A DNA stretch of 55,093 nt from an uncultured virus (IMG/VR IMGVR_UViG_3300015171_000006) (lineage: Duplodnaviria; Heunggongvirae; Uroviricota; Caudoviricetes). The DNA lies in the IMG/VR virus record IMGVR_UViG_3300015171_000006, positions 1-55,093 of that record. One strand, 5' to 3'. The notes under the pieces are model-generated. The model did no database searches and was not told the DNA's origin. It worked only from the letters and a program-made list of their open reading frames with translations. This document shows, one piece after another, positions 36,335 to 44,730 of this stretch. Positions within the stretch are counted from its first letter, which is position 1. Each line of letters starts with the position of its first letter. The position numbers were made by a program, and so were the translations under genes.

Positions 36335-36767
36335 TTTGCTTTTTTACACCGTAAAATCCTCTTGCCGAGAAACTTAAAAGAGTGCTGTTATGGTCTCTTA
36401 CCATTGTTCTCAACTCATCAATTTTTTGAACCATCATTTCAACCTTGCTATCACTTGCAGTTTTAATATTTTGCAAATCTTCTCTCACATCTGTAAGCCC
36501 TTCTGAAATTTCTTTATAATCAGAAAGTATTTCGGCAACCTGTTTAGTTGTTAAAGCATTATACTTCGCCAGTTCAATCTGGGAAGTGTACTCATATTGA
36601 ATTTTTTTAAACTCCCGGTCAGCAAGCTCAATAACTTCATCTTTTTTTACCTTAGCCTTTTCAAGGTTGTTGGCTAACCACCACTGGCCATATTTTAACG
36701 CACCTCCAAAAAAGCTAACTATCATTATAAAAATTCCGGATAATTTACCCCAGTCTGTGCCATTCAT
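36327..36767 (-). CDS. Single-TM coiled-coil protein
   Basis: N-terminal TM then heptad-rich helix; overlaps both neighbours. Confidence 0.7.
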   Translation of the reverse strand: MNGTDWGKLSGIFIMIVSFFGGALKYGQWWLANNLEKAKVKKDEVIELADREFKKIQYEYTSQIELAKYNALTTKQVAEILSDYKEISEGLTDVREDLQNIKTASDSKVEMMVQKIDELRTMVRDHNSTLLSFSARGFYGVKKQND

Positions 36768-37258
36768 GTTCTTGCTATATTTATTAATTCATCAAAAGCA
36801 TCCTCAATCATCTGTGAACCTCTTTGCGCTGTTTCATAAAAAGCATCTATATAATGAATGTGATCAACAATTTCATTTATATGCGTTACCAACGTAATTA
36901 TTAAAGAAGATGCAGATCCCTTTTCAATAAACTTTGAACCGTAAACGCTGTTCATGTAATCGATAATTTCGCTTTTATGACTATCCCCGCTAACCATTAT
37001 AAAACAGCAATGCTTATTAATCTTTGCAATTTTCTTAACAAGTTCAAGTCCTGTTATATCACTATTTAATTTGTTGTCAACAATAACAATATGAACATCT
37101 TCCGTTAGTTCGTCAAGCAACTTGTATGGATCATTAAAGAGCTTATAATTTTTGAAGCCACTTTCTTTTAAGATGATGTCTATTAGTTCAGTCATTGCCG
37201 GATCATCGTCAACGCCTAATATTCTTATGTCTAATGGTTGTTTCATAATCAATTCCAT
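36764..37258 (-). CDS. Response-regulator receiver domain protein
   Basis: ILGVDDD, VIVDNKL (phosphoacceptor Asp), GLELVKKI, MVSG, FIEK. Confidence 0.88.
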   Translation of the reverse strand: MELIMKQPLDIRILGVDDDPAMTELIDIILKESGFKNYKLFNDPYKLLDELTEDVHIVIVDNKLNSDITGLELVKKIAKINKHCCFIMVSGDSHKSEIIDYMNSVYGSKFIEKGSASSLIITLVTHINEIVDHIHYIDAFYETAQRGSQMIEDAFDELINIART

Positions 37259-39357
37259 TTACCTCCCTTAAGCCCTTGCGGATATTTACCTCCATTCGTT
37301 GCAGGAGGTATTGTACTTGCACCTCGCAAAGCAACATTTCCCGTATATGGTATCTCTATAAGAGGATTAATTGTTGTTTGAAAAACTGTGCCTATGGCAT
37401 CCGTCCAAAGCCATGTACTTAGATTTGGAGTTGCATTGCTTTGTGTTGCATTAAAATCATTCCTGATAACCGAACCTGTGGAATAGTTTGTAAGCAGAGC
37501 ATTAGCGTCGAAACCTGTTGCTGCCTTCCATCCTGTAAATGTGTAATAAGTTGTAGTAACCGAATTAAGAGTAATCCTAAAAGGCTGCGTTATTGTATTT
37601 AAAAATTCATAGTACGTGCTATCCCATGTTATAACTAATGGGATAACGGTTGTGTCTGAAAGAATATAAAAACTATGCACAGGTGCTCCCCATACAATAT
37701 TTCTTTTTCCATTGAAAGTCTGTGGTAACGAATCAGTTGTTACGTTCAAATAAAAACCGTAGCTCAGAGGGTTTACAATTGTATTACCAGTCATAGAAAC
37801 ACCCCCGGTTCCTCTCCCTAAAAAAAAGCCGCCATCGCCTGTATTTTGTATCCAATTACTGTCTGCTATAAGACCAGCATTTAGATACTTTCCGTGGGTA
37901 GTCTGGGCATCACAATAAAGCCCGTAACTCAAACTATTTACCGGTGTTCCTGTTCCGCTTGTTGGTGTCCCTACATCGCCAATATAATTGCGCCTAAACC
38001 AACGGCCTGAGTGCGCCTCATTAACCGTAGCCGTTCCGCAATAAACAACAGCGCCATCATTTTTGTTTTGCAGCGCACTGTCAAAAACATTATATTGAAG
38101 TGTGATGCTGTCAGTAGGCAATACGCTTATAGAATTGCCCGGAATAATAACATCGCAATAACCCGATTTAGAAAAAGTGGAATACTCAACTAATAAATCT
38201 TTTGACGTTGCTATTAAAGCATTCCCGTTTCCGTCTCCATTTCGTCCAAGCCCAGGGATCAGAGATGTATTTTTTACATAACACCTTCTTACTACAGTTA
38301 ATTGTGTATTATAGCCGTGATTAATGCCATTGTTAAGTGAATTGAGTATGCTATCATCCTGCATCAGCCACGATGTTGAGCTATTGATGTAAATGCCGGT
38401 ATTACCTGTATTGTTAATAGTGCAATTCAAAATTTGAATACCGATATTACCGCCTGATGTAATGTTATGGTCATTGCACCCGCTAAAGTTGAGGTTAGAA
38501 AAAGTTATATAGTTTTTATTAATAGGAAGCGAGACATTATTATTTCTTGTTGCCACCTGAACATTAACAGGCGCACCGGATGAATAAACAGTTAAACGAT
38601 TTGTAGATTTATCATAAAACCATTCGTTTTGCTGATCTAAAGTTGATAAACTGTTTTGAATGAAATATCCCCATCCGTTTTGAAGTGTGTAAGGGCTTGA
38701 AGTTGATAGTGTAAATTGTTTTGTGGAGGTATTAAATGATATGATTGAATCTGCATCAATTATCCATCGCCTTGTGCGAAGAACTGCCGCTGCGCCTGTC
38801 CAGTCAGGACTGGCTGATAAAGTGTTATCAGTGAATTGAGTTGTTCCTGAAACTGCTGTGCTTGTTGCCCATCCTGTGTTGGGTGTGCGCCCCATTCCTA
38901 CAGGTGTACTACCATTAATTAAAACTATGTAAAGAGATGAAGAAAATACAGGCAGTGCTTCACTTTGCCAGATATTCGCACCCATGTTAGTCCATGTAGT
39001 AATTGTGTAGAATGATGACAAGATTGGTTTGTTGCCAGTACCATAAGCCCCGTAAACAATAGGGTTTCCGCTTGTTCCTGATTTGTTTATTAATAAAGTA
39101 GTATCGTTAAAATTATCCCCTCTGTTGAATAAAATTGAATCCCCTACAGCAACGGTATTATTTAAAGTTATCAGGTTGCATTTAGAAATTGTTCTAAAAG
39201 GATTACCAATTGAGCCGTTGCCTGTTACATCATTACCTGCATTAGCAAAATACCAGTTTGTTGCAAGCAAATGAAATTGCACCGGCTTCATCCAATCCAT
39301 AAATGAACCGTAAGAATGAGCAATAAAGAATAATAATATCGTTAGTAAATATTTCAC
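37249..39357 (-). CDS. Right-handed beta-helix (pectin lyase-like) protein with N-terminal signal peptide
   Basis: YF...GND...G...NPFRTI, GDSILFNRG, PIVYGAYGTGNKP, Asn-rich beta-helix repeats. Confidence 0.82.
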   Translation of the reverse strand: MKYLLTILLFFIAHSYGSFMDWMKPVQFHLLATNWYFANAGNDVTGNGSIGNPFRTISKCNLITLNNTVAVGDSILFNRGDNFNDTTLLINKSGTSGNPIVYGAYGTGNKPILSSFYTITTWTNMGANIWQSEALPVFSSSLYIVLINGSTPVGMGRTPNTGWATSTAVSGTTQFTDNTLSASPDWTGAAAVLRTRRWIIDADSIISFNTSTKQFTLSTSSPYTLQNGWGYFIQNSLSTLDQQNEWFYDKSTNRLTVYSSGAPVNVQVATRNNNVSLPINKNYITFSNLNFSGCNDHNITSGGNIGIQILNCTINNTGNTGIYINSSTSWLMQDDSILNSLNNGINHGYNTQLTVVRRCYVKNTSLIPGLGRNGDGNGNALIATSKDLLVEYSTFSKSGYCDVIIPGNSISVLPTDSITLQYNVFDSALQNKNDGAVVYCGTATVNEAHSGRWFRRNYIGDVGTPTSGTGTPVNSLSYGLYCDAQTTHGKYLNAGLIADSNWIQNTGDGGFFLGRGTGGVSMTGNTIVNPLSYGFYLNVTTDSLPQTFNGKRNIVWGAPVHSFYILSDTTVIPLVITWDSTYYEFLNTITQPFRITLNSVTTTYYTFTGWKAATGFDANALLTNYSTGSVIRNDFNATQSNATPNLSTWLWTDAIGTVFQTTINPLIEIPYTGNVALRGASTIPPATNGGKYPQGLKGGKWN

Positions 39358-39620
39358 GGCTTTTTCATTGCATATTTAACCTGTAAAAAATAGTTGTATA
39401 GCTGCATAAATTCTTCATACTTTTTAGCAGAGAGATTGTCATATACAAAGCCTTTAAAATCTTTTAAAGATGTTACCTGAACTGTGCTGTCAATGAATTT
39501 TGATACCTGCAATTCAAGTGCTTTTTGAATAGCAACTGAATCAATTGTTACAACTGGTTTGTTTTTTTGCGCAAAGGCAAGTGAGATTAATAACGATAAT
39601 GTGATAATTGTTTTTTTCAT
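39354..39620 (-). CDS. Small secreted hypothetical protein
   Basis: Signal peptide MKKTIITLSLLISLAFA followed by Q. Confidence 0.7.
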   Translation of the reverse strand: MKKTIITLSLLISLAFAQKNKPVVTIDSVAIQKALELQVSKFIDSTVQVTSLKDFKGFVYDNLSAKKYEEFMQLYNYFLQVKYAMKKP

Positions 39621-39946
39621 ATTTTATTTTTTAAAAACCATACACCTGAAATTGGGTCGTACCTCCATGATATACACCCGGATGCTGATAATGATATTGT
39701 ATTATTAATTGCGCCGGCAGGCAATCCCATTGGAATTGCCGTAGTTAGTATGAGGTTAGTAATTCCGAAAAAAGAGGCAATAGTTAATGTTTGAGAATCT
39801 GCCGGCGAGGTCGGCACCACATAAGTTAAAGTATCAACTAAAGCATTAGAAGAAGCATAATGAGAAACAAAAACATCTTGTTTTTCATCAAGGATTGTTA
39901 CTGTTCCTGAAATTTCAGGCGACGGCTGATTATATAAATTTCCCAT
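39617..39946 (-). CDS. Hypothetical tail-fibre-associated protein
   Basis: 109 aa ending WRYD...VWF, like fibre terminal modules. Confidence 0.6.
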   Translation of the reverse strand: MGNLYNQPSPEISGTVTILDEKQDVFVSHYASSNALVDTLTYVVPTSPADSQTLTIASFFGITNLILTTAIPMGLPAGAINNTISLSASGCISWRYDPISGVWFLKNKI

Positions 39947-39955
39947 ATTAAAAGT

Positions 39956-42900
39956 TTAAAAAGTTCCTGTTACATCATAAGTAGTTCCGTTGCTTGTTAA
40001 TACTATTCCTCCATACTGCACGTTTAAAGTTTTTGTACTTGAAGCATCCATATTAACACCGCTTACTGTGATAGTTCCTGATCCTGTATTTTTTATTATA
40101 AAAGTGCTGCCTGCGGGTGTAGCTATTAAAGTGACAGTAAAAGTTCCATTACAGGGTAAGTAAAAATCATTTGCCGTAATAGTGTAGTTCGCACTTTTGG
40201 CGGCATACTTATATTGCATACCTTCAAAACGAGAACCGCCAATTACCCACAACGCTTTTGCAATACCACCGTTATTCGTAGGTGCAAGACCTGTCGGCGC
40301 ACCGTTTACAATTAAACTCGCTTCATCAGCGATTGTGCCTAAAGTTCCTGCTGTAAAAGTTGGAGCATTTATAAGTACATTATATCCGTATGGATGGCTA
40401 CCTGCACCTGTTGATGTGGTGTTTGCAACCGCCCCAAAAATGGCATTACCTATATTAAAATTTGCATTAGCTACCGAGTTAGTACCCCCATTAAATGCCG
40501 ATCTAAACATTGTGGATGTTGCACCCCCCGCCAGTAAACCAGCAGCGCTACTGGTTGCACTGGCTGTGCCAGCCGCTGCGCCAAAATTTGATGCCTGAGT
40601 TGAGCTGCTTGTTGCCATACCTCCATCTGCCCTTAGCAGTCCCGATAAAATTCTTAATGCTGCGGTTTGGCTTATTATTACATTGCTTCCAGATACAGGC
40701 GGCCCTTCAATTGTAAATGTAGAGCCTGATGTGAAAGTTGTTGATGAACTTGCAGCAACAGTAGGTATTCCTATATCATGTACGGTCATATTTGCAACCG
40801 TTCCTGAACTGGAATTGTCTGTATAAGTAGCGGCTGCATACCTTAATCCTATTCCATTTGTAGTCCATGCTGCTGCTGTTATGTTACCCGCCAAATGAAG
40901 TTGAGATGTTGGTGATGCTGTGCCGATGCCCATAAAATTTAATGCGCCATCATAAGCAGATGCGCCAGATGCTCCTAATATGATTTTACCTTTAATTGCA
41001 TTTGATGTAGATACTAAAGTTAAATTACCACCTGCATTTATATCACCTATTACAGATTGTCCACCAGCTATACCAGTTGACAAATCAACCGTCCATGTTC
41101 TTGCTATCGTTCCATCAAAATTACCACCAGATAAGCCAGTGCCTGTTGAGTGTGTCAGAATGGATGCTGCACTCGTCCCAACATCGTTCCATGTATTGTC
41201 AGACGTTCTAAACCACCTGTATCTATGAGTAACATTATCATAGACCAATTCACCATCTTCAGGAGAAGATATTGCATTTGTCTGCGCTGTTGTCTGAGAG
41301 GCCAGAATAACTCCTTTTGTTGTGGCATTTACAACAAATTGAGATGAAGGGTGTGAGCCAGCACTATCATTTAGAATTAACTGCTTATTGCTTGTTAGCC
41401 GCATCACTTCTTGAGTATAAGCAGATGGATATTTGATTTTAAAAGTCCAATCAGTAGTTTCCGCAGCAGTGGTATATACTTGGTTTTTTAATCCCATGTA
41501 CGCCATGACAATATTGTTGTTGGCGTTATTACTTAATCCAAAACCTACGGAAGCAGTATCAATGATTACCTCCGATGAGTTAAGTCCTCCTGTTGAAACT
41601 GCCAATTGAGGTGTATAGCTGGCTGAAGCATTTGATATTCTTGCAGAGCCTACCGATGCTACTGTAGATGTCCCAACCCTTAAAGAGGGAGTGGTAAGTG
41701 AAAATGATACACCTATGGCGGCTAAATTACTCAGTTGCCTTGATGATTCATTTAATATAGCCCCAAATACATAATTACTTGTTCCTTTAGTGGCATTTCT
41801 TGTACCAGATATATATCCATTTTGGCTTGCATTTAAGCCAAAGAAAATTGAATCTGTTCCTGCAATACCTGTAATTAAATCATTTGCAAAGTGTGTTATA
41901 GAATCTGTTGCAGTTCGTGTAAGGGTTATTCCGTTACCGCCCTGTTGAGCGAACATTTTAAACTTTAGTCCTTGCTGAACAAAAATATTAAAGATACCTG
42001 CGCTTACTGCAACACTATCAAGTTCTGCTATGTTTGCATTATAGATAGTTGTATCTAATTTCGCCCCTATTAGCGGACCAAAAACACCCCTGTAATAATT
42101 TTCAGTATGATGTCCCACTGCTAAATAATTACTGTCTAATCCGGTTCTCCATGTAGGAGCAGCAGTTGAACTTCCTGTTGCAAGAACATTATATGCAGGA
42201 TGTGTTGCAAGGGTTTGAGTGATAGTTGCAGTGTGTCCGCTATAGCTAAATGTTGCAGGGGAAGTGTGTATAAGCCCTGAATTATTAAAAACGATATTAT
42301 TTACATAGGTTGCTGATGTGTCAAGTTTTGAAGCAAGCTTTGTATTTACTCTATTGCTGTCAGCGAAGGGAGGAAAAATATTTGTAGGGTCGGCTAAGTT
42401 TTTATTTATAAGCGTTTGATTCGTCTCAACTGTAGCCATTGTGCCTGATGTAGGCAGGCTTATATTTGTGTTCCCGATTGAGGTAAATGTGACAGCATTA
42501 GCTCCGTTAAACGCAATATTTCCACCCATAGTAAGTGTAAAACTTCCGTTATTAATGCCTGTACCACCTCTGCTGGGAGGTATAATTGAAGGAATCAATG
42601 ACTTCACCTGATTGCTGTCAAATACAGGTAAGGGAATTGCGCCTAAAGTATTTGCATGATAAGTTGTGCCATTTACGGTAGCGCCTTCTGCAACTGTACC
42701 TGTTACATTTGGTGCTTCTAAAACCTTGTCAGTTGTTGTTATATTATCTGCATATAAATCAAAATGTCTGCCTGCTGAATTACCTATCTCTAATTGGCCT
42801 GTTGCATTGTTGGCTTGTATAACAGCATAAGGTTGTCCGGGCGTATTCCTCGCATAATATGAACCCATAGTATAGCCACCATCTATAAAAATATTACTGA

Positions 42901-44257
42901 GTGCATTATTACTCCTTCCTAATATCGTTTGAAGATTATTTAAGTTATTTTGATAACCTGTTACATAACCTGCATTGCCGGTGCTGTCTGATTTATCTTT
43001 CTTTAGTCCGAGGTTTGCATAAATAGTTGTTGTGTCCTGCGTGTGTGCAGATACAGAACTATCAACATATTTCTTTGGAGTTAGAGAATTATTATCTAAA
43101 AGCGAATTGAAATTGTAGGTGTATTTAATCGGTTTTGTGCTGGTAATTTTTCCGTAAGGATTAAAATTAAAATTGCTGTCAATATTTAAAATTGAATTGT
43201 TGCCTGCCTTCTGATATTCTAAATTGAAGCCGCTGTTTAAAGTTGCGCCGAAATAAATATGCCCGGTGTTATCAGCCGTTGATATGATATTATTAAAATC
43301 AGTATTTCTGAAATAGTAGGTACCATTCAGGGAATTATAAATTTGAAATTGAGGCGTGTTATCTATTTTGAAATTATAACCTGCTGCATCAATTATATTG
43401 GGTTGAGTAAGAGCAGGATTGGATGTAATTACTGCCTGCAAGCCGGGGGTTCCCGGGGAGAAGGCCGCTAATTGGTCAACAACCCATTTTTTATTTACAA
43501 GGCTGTTATCAGTAAATATTCCTGATAAATCAGTCTTATACTGCACCGGGTAAATAGCCGTTAAATTACCGGCATTATTAAAGTAAGCTGATAAGCCACC
43601 GTTCTTTGTGATAACTCTTAAAGCTGAATCAGAAGCGCCGTTGGTGTTGGCGTTCAATTCGAGATAGTCATCCGTTTTTATTTGTAAAGGCCTGTATGCT
43701 TTTGTAACAATCTGGCAGATATAATCTGAAACAAAATTCATCATATCCGCCCCGGATGCTGTATTAGTAGAACCTAATTTCATAACAGTACCGGACGGGC
43801 TTGATGTGACTGATAACGGCGGATATGCCGTTGATCCTGATATTATAGAAATATTGCCGTTTGGTGTGTGCGTAATATTTATGCCTTTATCTCCAATTTT
43901 TAAAGTGTCGGTGAATGTTTTTTTGCCGGTGATAGTTTCCGGGCCACCCAAATGAACTAAAAGAGAATCGTAAATTGTAGATTTTACTGTGTCATAAGGG
44001 AACGTGTTTGAGTGAGACAATCCATTACCAGTAATTATTTTTGCCGATTTGAATTTCTGAGCAGTATCTATATACTTGCTTAAATCAATTATCTTTTGTA
44101 AGTCCGTGTTTAGCATAGATGCCGAGATGGCCCTGGTGCCATTGGTTCTAATTGTTGTATCTACCGCGTAGCGGGTTTGGGTGATCTTATCATCAAGTGT
44201 TTGAGCGCCGGCATGATAGCCTGCAGCAATCAAAAGTAAAATCAGTAATTTTTTCAT
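39956..44257 (-). CDS. Tail fibre/adhesin-like protein with N-terminal signal peptide
   Basis: 1433 aa, G/S/T/N-rich; fibre motifs ETITGKKTF, KKYVD, RGGTG, GIGTASP, FIIKNTGSGTITV; starts MKKLLILLLIAAGYHAGA-Q. Confidence 0.78.
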   Translation of the reverse strand: MKKLLILLLIAAGYHAGAQTLDDKITQTRYAVDTTIRTNGTRAISASMLNTDLQKIIDLSKYIDTAQKFKSAKIITGNGLSHSNTFPYDTVKSTIYDSLLVHLGGPETITGKKTFTDTLKIGDKGINITHTPNGNISIISGSTAYPPLSVTSSPSGTVMKLGSTNTASGADMMNFVSDYICQIVTKAYRPLQIKTDDYLELNANTNGASDSALRVITKNGGLSAYFNNAGNLTAIYPVQYKTDLSGIFTDNSLVNKKWVVDQLAAFSPGTPGLQAVITSNPALTQPNIIDAAGYNFKIDNTPQFQIYNSLNGTYYFRNTDFNNIISTADNTGHIYFGATLNSGFNLEYQKAGNNSILNIDSNFNFNPYGKITSTKPIKYTYNFNSLLDNNSLTPKKYVDSSVSAHTQDTTTIYANLGLKKDKSDSTGNAGYVTGYQNNLNNLQTILGRSNNALSNIFIDGGYTMGSYYARNTPGQPYAVIQANNATGQLEIGNSAGRHFDLYADNITTTDKVLEAPNVTGTVAEGATVNGTTYHANTLGAIPLPVFDSNQVKSLIPSIIPPSRGGTGINNGSFTLTMGGNIAFNGANAVTFTSIGNTNISLPTSGTMATVETNQTLINKNLADPTNIFPPFADSNRVNTKLASKLDTSATYVNNIVFNNSGLIHTSPATFSYSGHTATITQTLATHPAYNVLATGSSTAAPTWRTGLDSNYLAVGHHTENYYRGVFGPLIGAKLDTTIYNANIAELDSVAVSAGIFNIFVQQGLKFKMFAQQGGNGITLTRTATDSITHFANDLITGIAGTDSIFFGLNASQNGYISGTRNATKGTSNYVFGAILNESSRQLSNLAAIGVSFSLTTPSLRVGTSTVASVGSARISNASASYTPQLAVSTGGLNSSEVIIDTASVGFGLSNNANNNIVMAYMGLKNQVYTTAAETTDWTFKIKYPSAYTQEVMRLTSNKQLILNDSAGSHPSSQFVVNATTKGVILASQTTAQTNAISSPEDGELVYDNVTHRYRWFRTSDNTWNDVGTSAASILTHSTGTGLSGGNFDGTIARTWTVDLSTGIAGGQSVIGDINAGGNLTLVSTSNAIKGKIILGASGASAYDGALNFMGIGTASPTSQLHLAGNITAAAWTTNGIGLRYAAATYTDNSSSGTVANMTVHDIGIPTVAASSSTTFTSGSTFTIEGPPVSGSNVIISQTAALRILSGLLRADGGMATSSSTQASNFGAAAGTASATSSAAGLLAGGATSTMFRSAFNGGTNSVANANFNIGNAIFGAVANTTSTGAGSHPYGYNVLINAPTFTAGTLGTIADEASLIVNGAPTGLAPTNNGGIAKALWVIGGSRFEGMQYKYAAKSANYTITANDFYLPCNGTFTVTLIATPAGSTFIIKNTGSGTITVSGVNMDASSTKTLNVQYGGIVLTSNGTTYDVTGTF

Positions 44258-44259
44258 TT

Positions 44260-44730
44260 TTATCCTATTAAAAAGTCAGCACTAAAATCTTCATTAAAAT
44301 CACCACCTTCAAACACAGGTGTTAATTGCCCGCTACCTTTAAAATCAATGGTAAACACCGCCATGCTATCTATATTTCCCACATAAGAACTGCTTGTTAT
44401 AAAGCAGGCTCCTTCTTCTGAATAAACACTCCCCTCATCATCCGTGTATTGAAATTTTAACAGCAATAATTTTTGCGCCATTTGAATTGCGCTTAGCTCC
44501 TTTATAGTAAGCTTGCCCGCTTCATTAAAAGAAACCACACCATCACACGACCCGCTAAAACTGTTTTTTGTTGGTAAAAATGTTGCCCATTTGCCTGTAC
44601 CTGACACGCTCGTTTCTATGCTGTCTGTTACTTTTGTCAGGGTTAAGCTGCTGGCACATGCGTAGCCCTTCCATGTGCCGTCTGCTGTGTCAAAGGCAAG
44701 AAGAACAACGTTTTTTCCACGTACAGTCAT
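44260..44730 (-). CDS. Tail-tube-like protein (major tail paralogue)
   Basis: G.NVVL...C..SL.L....DSIETS...F.G..DG...G..FITS.S.....F...F.G.G resembles the 50526-51206 product. Confidence 0.7.
   Translation of the reverse strand: MTVRGKNVVLLAFDTADGTWKGYACASSLTLTKVTDSIETSVSGTGKWATFLPTKNSFSGSCDGVVSFNEAGKLTIKELSAIQMAQKLLLLKFQYTDDEGSVYSEEGACFITSSSYVGNIDSMAVFTIDFKGSGQLTPVFEGGDFNEDFSADFLIG

Noticed and set aside
37249-44257. Diversity-generating retroelement or invertible fibre shufflon
   Set aside because: No reverse transcriptase, and no TR/VR pair or inverted fibre cassettes noticed by eye.
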